Shown here in pieces: positions 1 through 12,167 of a stretch of DNA of 64,000 nt; the first letter of the stretch is position 1, and each line of letters begins with the position of its first letter. The position numbers and the translations under genes are program-made. The DNA is taken from contig NC_043001.1 of NCBI RefSeq assembly GCF_006345805.1, positions 53,754,001-53,818,000 of the forward strand. The letters are read 5' to 3'. This stretch comes from Octopus sinensis. Taxonomy: Eukaryota. Under the pieces are notes generated by a model. It did not search any database, was not told the DNA's origin, and worked only from the letters and a program-made list of their open reading frames with translations.

Positions 1-88
1 TGTGTGTTTATTTATGTATGTCATTATTCAGTTTATTTCACGGTTTCTAGCCATTAGAGAAAGAAGCAGTTTGTAACCTAGATCCAAG

Positions 89-176
89 GTATGTATGTAT
101 GAATGAATGTATGTATATATGTATGTATGTATGTATGTATGTGTCTTTATGTATGTATGAGTGTGTGTGTGTGTGT
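89..176. repeat. Compound (TATG)n/(TG)n microsatellite
   Basis: Directly visible tandem repeats. Confidence 0.95.
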
Positions 177-331
177 CTTTGTGTTTGTCCCTCACTACCA
201 TTTGACAACTGGTTTGGTGCGTTTATGTACCTGTAGCCAAACGGTTCGGCAAAAGAGACCTACAGAATAAGTAGCAGGCGTAATATGTTTACTGAGGACA
301 GTTGAGTCTAATGACTGAAACAAGTAAAAGA
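177..331 (+). mobile_element. 3' part of tRNA-derived CORE-type SINE (family A)
   Basis: gtgtttgtcc...cggttcggcaaaagagacc...atgactgaaacaagtaaaaga matches the reverse complement of the full copy at 10875-11275. Confidence 0.8.
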
Positions 332-608
332 TTCTACTAATCATATACAATTTAGCAAAGCCTCCGATGAGATATTAATGTCATAATGGCCAGGATAGAC
401 CTTCAGAGATACCTTAAGCCCTAGATCTTAGGGTAAACATAAAGAGTTAGGTCACTTCACATAGTTGGGATTTTTTTAGGTGAGGTCTCCTAATGAACGA
501 TGATATGGCCCCACTACCTTCGGTGACAGAAAAACGTCACAATTGCTGAATTTGAATATATATTCGCCTCTTGTAATAATCGTTTTTGATTTTTATTACA
601 ACTAATTT

Positions 609-1027
609 AAATTACTGGGTGGGAGCGCTAAGCAGGGATAAGTATGCATGTAGCGTTATTACAAGTTCGAATATGCCTTTAGCACGCACATACTTGTAAA
701 TAAGAGATTCACTGTGTTTGGTCACGGAGAAAATTCTCGAACCTATTCAGACTGTAACATGAAAGCATTTCAGAGAGGTTATCTCCTCTCCAGTCACGGA
801 ACCCGGATGGTGGCGCTACGAGTTAATAAGAGAGACAATCTCTCTTATGTTATTGCAGTCAACATACGTCGACTAATAGCGCAAATAGCGTAAATAAATT
901 ACTAGGCAGAAGCGCAAAGCATTGATATGTATAAATACAATGTTAGTACCAGTTCTAAAGCACCAGTGGCACTTTCGGACTTGTTAAGAAGTCATTCCCT
1001 CTGTTTAGTCACGGAGAATATTTCTCG
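609..1027. repeat. Diverged direct repeat, two ~130 bp copies, 287 bp period
   Basis: aaattactgggtgggagcgctaagca...gtttggtcacggagaa (from 609) aligns almost without gaps to aaattactaggcagaagcgcaaagca...gtttagtcacggagaa (from 896). Confidence 0.75.
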
Positions 1028-1992
1028 TTGTAGACAAATGGTGTAAATACACCTAAATCAGTTCGAAATGACTTTCGAACTCTTTCTGAAAATAATGGAC
1101 AGGTATTAATCATTGTGAAATATTGAAGGAACAAGCTGAATAGATCAATGTCACAAACTAATTTTAGAGGAAATAACAGTGATCCGAATTTGTAGAAACA
1201 AGGGATTTAATTTATTTAACACTGTAGTCAAACCCAACACATTGCATGCAGAGTTTAGTGATGGGAAGCAATGCATTAGTAGATACATACACACGCCAAT
1301 ACGTACACATAAATATGTATAGATACATAAATATATTCGCATGAGGTTGGATTGCGCATATGTATGCGAGTGTACGTGCGAGTGTGTTGTTATTTAACAA
1401 TTAATCTTTTATATCAAATTCCGATATCTGAAGCCTTCCAAAATTCAAACTGGCTTCAACTACTGAGAGAAGCTCTATAAATGTAAAAGTAAGGAGGTTG
1501 CTCGGTATGTACAATACTGCTACCTGGCAAGAAACTTGATTCTCAGTTGCTTAGCTCCGTGTTCAGTTCCACTGATGGCGAATTGTCTTCTGTTATAGAT
1601 GACCAAAGTCATGTTAGTCGATTCGTTAGACAGGACAAAAGCCCGCTATCTACTCACACAGACACACACACTCACACAAACACGCACAAACAATCGCGGG
1701 CACACACACACACACACATATACATTAACCGGTGTTGTTCAAACGATGAATACGTTTGCGTAAACAATTGGTTCGTTTTGTTCTCTTACTTTATTATCAT
1801 CTTATAATCATCTCATAATAATGACTTTTATGACTCGTATTACTATCGCAGTCAATCTAGATGTATACATTTGTTGTTACCTGTCATAAATAGCCTTTTT
1901 CTATTTGCAATATGCATTTTCGTTGATTTTTCATATTTTACCTTTACATTTCCACGTGTATTTTATATTTTCTTTTCGTAACATATTTCTAC

Positions 1993-2130
<138 letters not shown>

Positions 2131-2340
2131 GCCGAAGCATCACAAAATAAATACAAGTGTGATAGGAAAAACATTTAGTGAACAAGAATAGCGTTCTACC
2201 TCCGCCAAGAATGCAACAGTAATGCTGGTTAATTTGGTATCATAATTTTGAATTTAGTGCCAAAGTTGCCTGATTCTCCTCAGTCGAATCTGCCAGTGAA
2301 GGCTTCGAGAATTTCTCCCCACTATACTTGTAAATTCATG

Positions 2341-2371
<31 letters not shown>

Positions 2372-2469
2372 ATGTGTGTGTGTGTGTGTGCGTGTATGTG
2401 TGTGAGTGTGTGTGCATATGCATGGTTGTGTATGTGTGTATGCGTGTATATGGGGGGATGTCTTTATGC

Positions 2470-2648
2470 ATATCCCCCAACAACAACGACAGACATGCAC
2501 TCCCGTAATTTAGCGGTTTGACATCAGATACCGAGAGAGTAAGTACTAGTCTTTGAAATATAATTGTTATGGGTGATTTCTTCGACTAAAAACCATCAAG
2601 TCGGTATCCTAGCCAGGCTGCAGTCCATTAACTGAAGTAAATAAAGAT
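2470..2648 (+). mobile_element. Degenerate 3' part of family A SINE
   Basis: cccgtaatttagcggtt...aagtactag...ttcgactaaa...gcagtcc..actgaa resembles the other copies. Confidence 0.65.
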
Positions 2649-3068
2649 GAATGATGAAATATAGTTTTAAGTCATATCAAGTACTAGGAAACACATTTGA
2701 GATGCTGAAATGTTTTTGCAAATGCTCCACTCATGTTTAACCATCTTGCTTCTAAATTATGTGCAAGATTTGAAAAATATTCCCTCCTACATGATTTTGA
2801 AATTCAATGGCATTCCATCTTGCAAGCATGTCCCTAGTTTCTTTTTATTTCCGTCTTATCAATGAATTTAAGAACGTAATGTGAACGTTCCTTTTTGCAA
2901 AGGGATATGCCTCTGATAATCCTAGACGAAAGACGACACAAAAAGTTTTGCACAATTTGGCGAAGTTCTTCAAATAGCGGACTATGTGCTTACCAACATA
3001 TAACATTCAGTATAATAAACATGTGTGTTTGCGCACGTACGTATATGTGTGTTTGTGTGTGCTTGTGC

Positions 3069-3092
3069 ATATATCTATCTATATGTATATAT

Positions 3093-3181
<89 letters not shown>

Positions 3182-3212
3182 TGTGTTTGTGCGTGTGTGT
3201 GTGTGTGTGTGT
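3069..3212. repeat. (TA)n-(TG)n microsatellite
   Basis: Directly visible. Confidence 0.95.
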
Positions 3213-3249
3213 GGTCCACCTTCTCTTGAATACGGGAAAGGATTTCCAC

Positions 3250-3705
3250 TCCCGCACCAATTTTTGAACCATTAAGCCGTTGTCAAATGTTGCTGATGAG
3301 GGAAATCTTCGTGTAAAACATGCGATTGCGTTAGTCAGATGCGAATGTAGGTGACGGTCGTTATCTAACTTTTTTTTTTTTTTTAATATTTTCTCTTTCA
3401 AACACTCCGACGTTATTGCTTATATTTTTGTCGGTTGTCAGGATAGTTGCTTTCGGTCGGCTCAAAAGCCAAGGATCGAAGCCTATCTGCTTCAGAGTTG
3501 TATGTAACTGATTTGTATAGCGTTGAAAGGGGGCTTCTTATCCTCTTTTCTCGGGAGCCGATAGGCTGAAGAGGATTTGAGGAAGAACGGTTTCATCCTA
3601 TTGACATGGCCGGCCCATCGAAGACGATGTTGGATAATTAAGGATTTCATGCTCTGGGTATTCGCCCTTTCCAACAGAAAGTTTTGCGAGAAAAAGTCGA
3701 ACAAC
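3250..3705 (-). mobile_element. RTE-clade LINE C-terminal fragment (decayed)
   Basis: ORF 3492-3704 has LLERANTQSMKSLIIQHRLRWAGHVNRM, the RLRWxGHVxRM post-RT motif of RTE elements. Confidence 0.8.
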
Positions 3706-4667
3706 TTGGTTGCAAGAGAGAGGAAATAACGTAGTGGAGATTCATTATATATTTTATTTTGTTTGAGCCAGTCTTTTGCTACTGAGAGTTTCTTCGGTGG
3801 GCGCAGAGGATCGTAATACCTTCATAACTTGTCTGGAGTTTCTGTCCACACACAACTGAAACTCACAGTAACAAGAGATCTACTCTACGCAAATAAATAT
3901 GTGTGCGCCTGTGTTTATGTGTCTATGCATGCGTTTGTGCGCGCATGTGTGTGTGTGTTTAACACAAATCCAGCTGGGATTTGTCATTCATTCTTGTTTC
4001 TTACATTTTTGACTATTTTTTATATCAGCATGTTTATTTAGTCACACTTCATGGTTGTTATATATGAACAATTGTTGTGTGACAAGATTTAATGACCACA
4101 TGTCTCGTCCATTGACGACCACGCTCGTAGTTCAGCATTATTTCTCACTTCTATATTGTTTGGGCTTTCGTTTCTATGGCTATAGATATTTCAGTATTTC
4201 TGTTCAGTTAATTGGAATGAAAAGATTAATATGTTTCCAATAGCCGGCAGAAATTGTACTGCATTCCTCACATATTTACATACAAACAAAATATTTCACT
4301 TATGTTCGCAATTTAATATTGAATAGCTACAACGTAAGCAAAGACTTTTTATCCACAAGTTATAAATTTCACATACGAGTCTATGTCAGACGGTTCACAC
4401 TACTTTTTGGTTTAAACTAATCGCTATTAATTTAATTATATAATCGTAAAAATATCACTTGACGCCGGAGTAATAAGTGAAACAAGCCATATCTGCATGC
4501 TGAATCTCCCTTACGGATAAGTACTGCTTTGCTGGAACGATGATGAAAGAAAGTAAACTCTTTTATAATTAACGCATATTACTCAAGTACCCTCAAACGC
4601 AAAATTTCCAAGTTTGAAGTAACTGAATTACACATAATTAAAATATTTCTTTCTAATTTATTTACAG

Positions 4668-4810
4668 CTGCAACAATTTTGAAGACAGGTGTTATTCGAT
4701 GGCATTATCTACATGCACATAAGTGGTCATTCTTTTAACGATACTGGAGGAATGAAACACAGAGTTGGTCACGGAAATATTTGAACTCATAATGTAAAGA
4801 GACAGGGAGG
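4668..4810 (-). mobile_element. Degenerate family B SINE
   Basis: ...ggaatgaaacacagagttggtcacggaaatatttgaactcataatgtaaaga resembles the reverse complement of 42421-42626. Confidence 0.55.
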
Positions 4811-4989
4811 AAGAACTACAAATACTATTGATACGATTTATCGATTATATCTGAACTAAAATGACTAAAATATCCAACTCAAGGGAAAGAGCTAACAGCA
4901 AATTCATTCAATAAGTAGTACGAGTAAAATATGTAACAATTGAAGATTAGGTATAGGGACATTGTGTTCGATTAGTCATGTATAGTGAT

Positions 4990-5570
4990 ATAACTTATTG
5001 ATTCATATATCATACAAAATTTGTATAAGTATATCTACAAGATGCTCGGGATATATTTGACAGTTTACATCAAAGGATGAGAAAACACAACACTTCATCA
5101 CAAAATAAAAGTATTTTTAAACAACCAAAAAAATATCAAGTATCTTATGGCTAGAAGATAACTGCTTACTCAAAAGTTGCTGCATTAAGCTTCTATTAGT
5201 AGGACCCCATTAATTCTAACTCTTTGATTGCTGGTCATAATTCGAGAATTAACGCTAGGGTAACCACAACTAGTGCAATTTCACGTATAATGAGGACCAT
5301 ATGCTGAAATATAGACTATCATTTTCAAAATTAACGAGTGATATGTAGTTGAAATTGTGTTTACGAATTCTAATATGTCGTATGTCTATACAGAAACTTC
5401 TTCCGATCGTGATTTTGTTGCTGCTTCACTTGGTAGGTTTTGCGTACGTACGCTATTTTGGAGAAATACTGTTTTTAAACACTGTTTTTAAACTCATTCC
5501 TCTTCTACTGAGTACCATATTTTGCGTGTGGACACAGTGAATTGTATCAAAGAAACAGCTGTAACTTAAT
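4990..5570 (+). mobile_element. Possible Penelope-like element 3' end (GIY-YIG remnant plus hammerhead half-motif)
   Basis: ttacatcaaaggatgagaaaacac... translates LHQRMRKHNTSSQNKSIFKQ (cf. GIY-YIG LxxRxxEH...SAIFxH); GAAACAGCTGTA at 5552; heavily decayed. Confidence 0.35.
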
Positions 5571-6240
5571 TAAAATCTTATACATATATAAAACATCATC
5601 TGAAATTTCTAAACATAAGCAGATAACAATATACAACATTTATAGCAGATATATTTCTTTATAACATAGAAAAATTGTCTACGTATAATACGAACAATAT
5701 TTACAATATCAGGTATTTAAAAAAATCCTTTTTAGTTTTTTTTAATCCTAACATCTCGCGTTAGTGAATGGTTTAGAATATGCAAGTTAGTATGTAACAA
5801 AATATTTAGTGTAATTCAATTTTAAACACAAAAGTTAGGTAAAATAAGATATTTACACGATGTAAAAGTAAATGTCCTGTGTAACATTGATTCTGTTTTA
5901 TCTACTCTATTCGAGTCTTGTCTGTTAATGTGAAGTGAATAATTTAAAACTCACGTAATGTCACATTGTGTATAGTCTTTGTTATATATGTTTTCGTTTT
6001 TTTTAATATATTTTTCTATATATTTTTCTCTATTGAGTTTCCTTTAAACTTTCACATATTGAAATGCCATTATCATGGTACCCAAATTATAATATAGCTT
6101 TTAAAAATAATATAGCCTCATGTTTTATAATCTATGTTCTCATTATTTATCATAAAGTAGGTAAAGTAGGAACGTAAATACGACAGAGGTAGCATTACTA
6201 ATTTACTATCACCTCATTCACAATAAACTCACACGGCGAG

Positions 6241-7765
6241 AAATGCACATGCCACCTTGAAGATCAGAAACGTCTGATATGCTTTTTTAAAATCCAGACA
6301 GTGTACTGAAAAGAAACCCAACATAGATTACATATCTGCTTTGAACCACCAAGAGCTGCACTTAAGTTCTGATCGTTATGGATCTTAAAATGTCTTTTGA
6401 GGCCTCCCTTAGATTTGCAGACTTTATGGCATACACTGCATTCAAAGGTGTGCACAGATATATATACAGAATAGTTGGTGGAAGTTCGTTTTTCTTAGGT
6501 CCGCAAATGAGATTTGAGCCCAGTAAAAGAAAGTCGTGGTCTGCCACAAACTGTGCACTAAAATAAGATTACTGCGAATCACCTTCTCGATCATAACATG
6601 CTTCGTTAAATCTCTCTTGTGTCTTACATGTGTCATTCTAGATTCCTCAAAGGCTTTCACTCCACACTTTTGTTCGCCATCCAGCTCGATCCGAAGCAAA
6701 AGTTTCTATGGCCTTTGGATCTATTCCAAGTGACTTCATGGTAGTCGTTATGTCGTTCTTAAATCTATTTTTAGGTTTACACTACTTGCATTTCTCCTCT
6801 GCAAGCTCGCCATAACACAGCTGTTTGGGTGTGCGTTCATCCGCCATTCGAACAATATTGTCAACCCATCGCATATTTTATTTCAGAATCATTGATTCAA
6901 TTGAAGAGATACCTGCAGACAGAAAGACACCCGTGTTTGGTGTAAAAAGCGCCATTTAATGTCTAAAATGCGGTGAAGGCATTTTTGATGGAATCGTTCT
7001 AACAATTTGAAATATCTTTCATAACGCGTCTATGTTTCAGAAAACAACAGGGATAGTAAGACAAGCGATTTCTTAAGAGCCAATTTATTTTTTTTTGTTA
7101 TTTATATGTCTTTGGCACCAAACGCGTGACTCCTAAACACCAAAACCTTGTGCTGCCTTTGAATTTGCAGATATATTTTTGTGTCCAGATTTCTATCATT
7201 CAGTACAGAGCTTTCAAGGTAGATGAAAGAGTCAACAAACTCAAGTAGCTTACACTTAACGAAACTTTTAGAGGTATTTCAAACAGCACCACATGAAGGT
7301 TGATACATTACAACTGTTGTTTTCAAGTTGATGGTCAAGCCAAAATCATCACAAGCTGAGTCAAATGCATGCCCGTTTCAGAGTGACTGACTAGATTGCA
7401 ATCGTCAACGTATAAGAGATCCGTAATGAGTGAAGTAACAACCTTTGTCTTGAATTGCGGTCTGGGCAGATTAAAATCATTCCGTGATGTTCGATATTTT
7501 ATGTAAATACCCTCCTCTGGGTTTTGAAAAGCGTGTGACAGCATAAGAGCAAAGTATAGGGCAAAGAGGGTGGGTGTATCAACTTTTTGCTTTACATTTT
7601 TAACGGCGAATGATTCAGAAAGCCTACCAGCAAAACTAAGTCTAGCATTCATATCTTCATACAAAACCCTGATCATGTTTACAAATTTTCCTACCAAACT
7701 ATTGTCCTTAGAAATAGCAACAGGGCATTTCGATTAACAGTATCGAATGCCTTGTTTACATCAAC
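6241..7765 (-). mobile_element. 5'-truncated RTE-clade LINE (RT plus C-terminal C2H2 zinc finger), frameshifted
   Basis: KAFDTVNR at ~7730-7755; PTLFALYF and DLLYVDDCNLV in ORF 7335-7697; FECSVCHKVCKSKGGLKRHFKIH in ORF 6264-6455. Confidence 0.92.
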
Positions 7766-7771
7766 ATTACC

Positions 7772-7846
7772 GGGCATATGGAATAGTGGTTAAGGGCGCG
7801 GGCTACAAACCCCAAGATTCCAAGTTCGGTTCCAGGCTGTGAGATG
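7772..7846 (+). mobile_element. tRNA-derived SINE head followed by (AAT)n
   Basis: A-box-like tggaatagtgg (7779), B-box-like agttcggttcc (7823), tRNA length; no convincing acceptor stem, so not a functional tRNA. Confidence 0.7.
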
Positions 7847-7962
<116 letters not shown>

Positions 7963-7990
7963 ACGAAAAGGAAGATGAAGAATATATAAT

Positions 7991-8049
<59 letters not shown>

Positions 8050-8134
8050 TATTATATATAAACATATATATGTATTTACATATACACATATATATGTATG
8101 TATATATGTATGAATTCGTATGTCAAGCAGTACA

Positions 8135-8311
8135 GCATGACTGCAGCCGTGTTGGAGTAGCCCTTCTAGTCGAACAAATCGATCCCAGGACTTATTCTTT
8201 GTATGCTTGGTTCTTATTCTATGGGAGTCTTTTGCCGAACCGCTAAGTTACGGGGACGTAAACACACAAACATCGGTTGTTACCAGATGCTGTGAGGACC
8301 AACTGACACAC

Positions 8312-8312
<1 letters not shown>
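8135..8312 (-). mobile_element. Family A SINE 3' part
   Basis: gactgcagcc...tagtcgaacaaatcgatcccagga...tttgccgaaccgctaagttacggggacgtaaacac matches 10895-11070. Confidence 0.88.
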
Positions 8313-8353
<41 letters not shown>

Positions 8354-8655
8354 CACACATATAACGTATCCATTCGATGTTTTTGTGGAGTTATCCATGA
8401 TTACTTTGGATTATTTAAATGTTTGAATAAAATGATGAAAATATGATTTATTTCCATATGATTCTTGATTTACATTTCAGCCAATGGTGTGTATTATTTG
8501 AATACAAAATCATCCGGGTGGAGAAATAAGGTCATAGAAACCATGGCATAATGCTATATTCCTAGTTCCTGATAAAGTCCTTTCTCCTCGGCATAGTCTC
8601 AAAGAAGTCAAGCATGCATCCGGATAAATTGTCACAGTTGTGTACGATTATCGCA

Positions 8656-8660
8656 AATAT

Positions 8661-8694
<34 letters not shown>

Positions 8695-8743
8695 ATATAT
8701 ATATATATATTATATATATTATATATATATATATATATATATC

Positions 8744-8777
<34 letters not shown>

Positions 8778-8800
8778 ATATATAGATATATATTATATAT

Positions 8801-8832
<32 letters not shown>

Positions 8833-8842
8833 GTGTGTGTGT
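8656..8842. repeat. Long (TA)n tract
   Basis: Directly visible. Confidence 0.95.
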
Positions 8843-9108
8843 CTCTGTGTCACTGTATATAGTTTTGTCTATGCTCTATAATATACAGTGTATCCTTGTG
8901 TATGTGCAGATATAGGCATGTACATACTCAATCTCGCGCTTGACAACGATTAATCAACACGTTCATTTCAAAATGTATAGAGTACAATAAAATATGTAGA
9001 TTTTATCCAAGTAGTCGCCTGTGAAACTGCATGCTCGCTGTCAGGATTCTCGAATAAATCTACATATCTTCACATTATGGATATGGTAGTATTGTATGCC
9101 CGTTATAA

Positions 9109-9164
<56 letters not shown>

Positions 9165-9761
9165 CTGTATATCTACATATATGTATAAAGTATACATATA
9201 TATATATAGAGAGAGAAATATATATAGAGAAATAAAGATATATTTATAAATATCATCATATATACATATCTATCTATCTGTATATATATATATATGCATG
9301 TATATATATATATATATGTATGTTTGTGTATATATGTATGTATACATATACTTACTTGCATATATATATATGCATACATACACACATGCGTATATGCATA
9401 TACATTGATACAGGTGTGCATCAGCGTATATTTAATTACATTTCGTATGTTTTCTATGCGAGTGTATACCTGTGTTGCCATATTCGTTTAGTTAATATGC
9501 TATTTTAAAAGTTTTAAATCTAATGTGCTGCACAGTGTGGATCGATTACATCTATAATTTATTTCTCAACATTTTTCTTTTATCAGTTTACAATATGAGA
9601 AAAATGATTGACTGGAAAGTTCAATTTTATTCGACTCCCTTTTCCCGTCATCTCTTGTGTTGACAGCTGTACCCTATATTAACTCTCTATGTGTTTTCTT
9701 CTTCTTCTCATCTCACCTCTCTCTCCCTCTCCCTCCCTCTCTATCCATCTATCTATCTGCC

Positions 9762-9823
<62 letters not shown>

Positions 9824-10765
9824 GGCTCAGTTATCCCACTCTATGAAACTTGTTAGCTTGAAGTGATAGGCAACCAGATAAAATACAATCAAAATTATTT
9901 GCATCTAGAATTACAAGCTTTTTCCCATATCGAAGTTACAAAAAAATTCGATAAGTTGATAGTTTGTATACAACTCACTTATGGTGCTTAAAATGCAAAT
10001 GAAATTCCCACTTGAGTGAGGGGAATAGGTAAAATCTATGCTATATATATATATTTCTTAACAAGATGTACTTCATTACCTAAGTATTGCGCAATAAAAT
10101 CTTCTCGGCGTAACCAACCATAGAGGTGCGGTTACCTTAATAAAGTTTACATTACCGTACACAATTCCTGAGCTCGACTGAGTAGGATGGTGAACAGCAA
10201 GAAATAAAAATGAGAAAGTAAATTTGGAGAACCAAGAAGCGTTTTACTATAAGGTGTGATCCCAAATGTGAATAGGGAGAGTTAATATGTAGAGGGAAAG
10301 GTGAAAGATAAAGAGAGAAACAAGAAAAAGATTGTTATTATTGAGGTGGCATATATACTGGAGTAATAAGATAGGTACTGGGTTATGTAGGTTGAGGTAT
10401 TACTAGGGTATGTTTGCTGAGGTATGTACTAGGGTATGTATTGTGAATTATGTACTGGAATAATAAAACCTATCGAAAAGATGTTGACGACGGATTTTTG
10501 CTGACTCTTACTATGGTATCGTCCAAACTTATATGGCTGGATGAGGTGCGAGGTAGGGGCGTTCAGTCCCATAGAACAAAGGACATCACTACACATACAT
10601 GCGTATATACATTCACATATACACACTCACACACACATACACACACACACAAACACACGGATGCACATATAAATTTGCTCGTATTTAAAAATTGTATGTC
10701 ATATATATAGAGAGAGAAAGGGTATTGATTAATGGGGAATGTATTTCGTATTTGATTTTTATTAG

Positions 10766-10810
10766 GTACTACATATTTTTCGACCCATCAGTCTGGGTCT
10801 CTTCTGGTAC
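10766..10810 (-). ncRNA. Degenerate minimal type I hammerhead ribozyme motif
   Basis: Minus strand reads gtac-CAGAAGA-GACCCA-gactga-TGGGTC-GAAA-aatatg-TA-gtac: 4-bp helix I, 6-bp helix II, core CUGA changed to CAGA. Confidence 0.6.
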
Positions 10811-10874
10811 ATTCATAAAGATGTCTGACTAGAGAATTTTAGTGTTGGCAGGATTGTTGTTATATAATTTTTAT

Positions 10875-11275
10875 TCTTTTACTTGTTTCAGTCATATGAC
10901 TGCAGCCATACTGGAGCACCGCCTTTAGTCCAGAAAATCAACCCCAGAATTGTTCTTTGTAAGCCTAGTACTTATTCTATCGGACTCCTTTGCCGAACCG
11001 CTAGATACGGAGACGTAAACACACCAGCATCAGTTGTGAAGCGATGGTGGGGGACAAACACGGACACACAAACACACATACACACACACAAAGATATATA
11101 TATATATATATATATATATACGACGGGCTTCTTTTAGTTTCCATCTACAAAATCCACTCACAAGACTTTGGTCGGCCCGTGGCTATAGTAGAAGACACTC
11201 GCCCAAAATGCCACGCTGTAGGACTGAACCCGGAACTATGGGGTTGGTAATCAAGCTAATTACCACACAGCCACT
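10875..11275 (-). mobile_element. Near full-length tRNA-derived CORE-type SINE (family A; octopus OR-like) with internal microsatellite
   Basis: Minus strand: A-box tggctgtgtgg, B-box ggttcagtcc, CORE-like gtggcattttgggcgagtgtctt, internal (TA)/(TG), and a 3' body shared with several other copies here. Confidence 0.9.
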
Positions 11276-11445
11276 GCAACGGAATTGTTATATGCTTGTT
11301 GCTAAATGCGGAGTGCCTGAAGTAGATCCCATGGATGAGTATCACAACTGCGGATAACAAAAGGTAGCCTAAACTGTGCCGGTACTCTTCTCAACATTTA
11401 AACACACTTATCGACTTATATTTATTTGTCAAAACTATTTATTTG

Positions 11446-11446
<1 letters not shown>

Positions 11447-11511
<65 letters not shown>

Positions 11512-11540
11512 GTTGTTGTTGTTGTTATTATTATTATTAC
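11447..11540. repeat. (TAT)n/(TGT)n microsatellite
   Basis: Directly visible. Confidence 0.97.
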
Positions 11541-11856
11541 CGATATAATGAAAATTATGATGATGGAGATATCCTCTCGTATTCCGAGTAAAAGTCTCCA
11601 CACCAGTGATTTCTCTATAGTAATCAAATTTTTGTGCAGTACATTAGTTCACTTCCTCCTTCAAATCGACGTTGCCTGTACATGTGCACGGTGCACCTCA
11701 CATTATGTGTCGTAGTGATCGCAAAGTGAGATGAAGTGTGCCGCCCAATAACAGACCGAATTGTGTGTGATAGTTTTGAGTACTATTGAAGTACTTTTAC
11801 CACATATATCACCGACATAAATGTTGATCTATTCATCATATGTATATATATATATA

Positions 11857-12053
11857 GGCCCATGAGCCTAGCCAGGCTCATGGGCCCGGTGTCCCGGTTT
11901 CTATGGCGTATGTGTTCCCCAGCCGGGAATACATACGCCATAGTGGATTGGACCAACGTGAAATGAAGTATTTTACTCAAGAACACAACGCGTCACTCGG
12001 TCCATGAACCGAAACCATAATCTTACGATCATGATGCTGACACGCGCCTCCAC
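11857..12053 (-). mobile_element. tRNA-derived SINE (family C) with two terminal hairpins
   Basis: Minus head gtggaggcgcgtg...gatcgtaagattatggtttcggttc; body aacgtgaaatgaagt...caagaacacaacgc is shared with ~24090-24130 and ~56738-56776. Confidence 0.8.
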
Positions 12054-12069
12054 ACCACACACACACACA

Positions 12070-12076
12070 TATAGAC

Positions 12077-12167
<91 letters not shown>
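12070..12167. repeat. (GATA)n microsatellite
   Basis: Directly visible. Confidence 0.97.

Noticed and set aside
6264-6455. Host C2H2 zinc-finger gene
   Set aside because: Collinear with and on the same strand as the RTE RT remnant, so it is the LINE C-terminus
7772-7846. Functional tRNA gene
   Set aside because: Acceptor and anticodon stems pair poorly, and there is an (AAT)n tail instead of a T-run terminator
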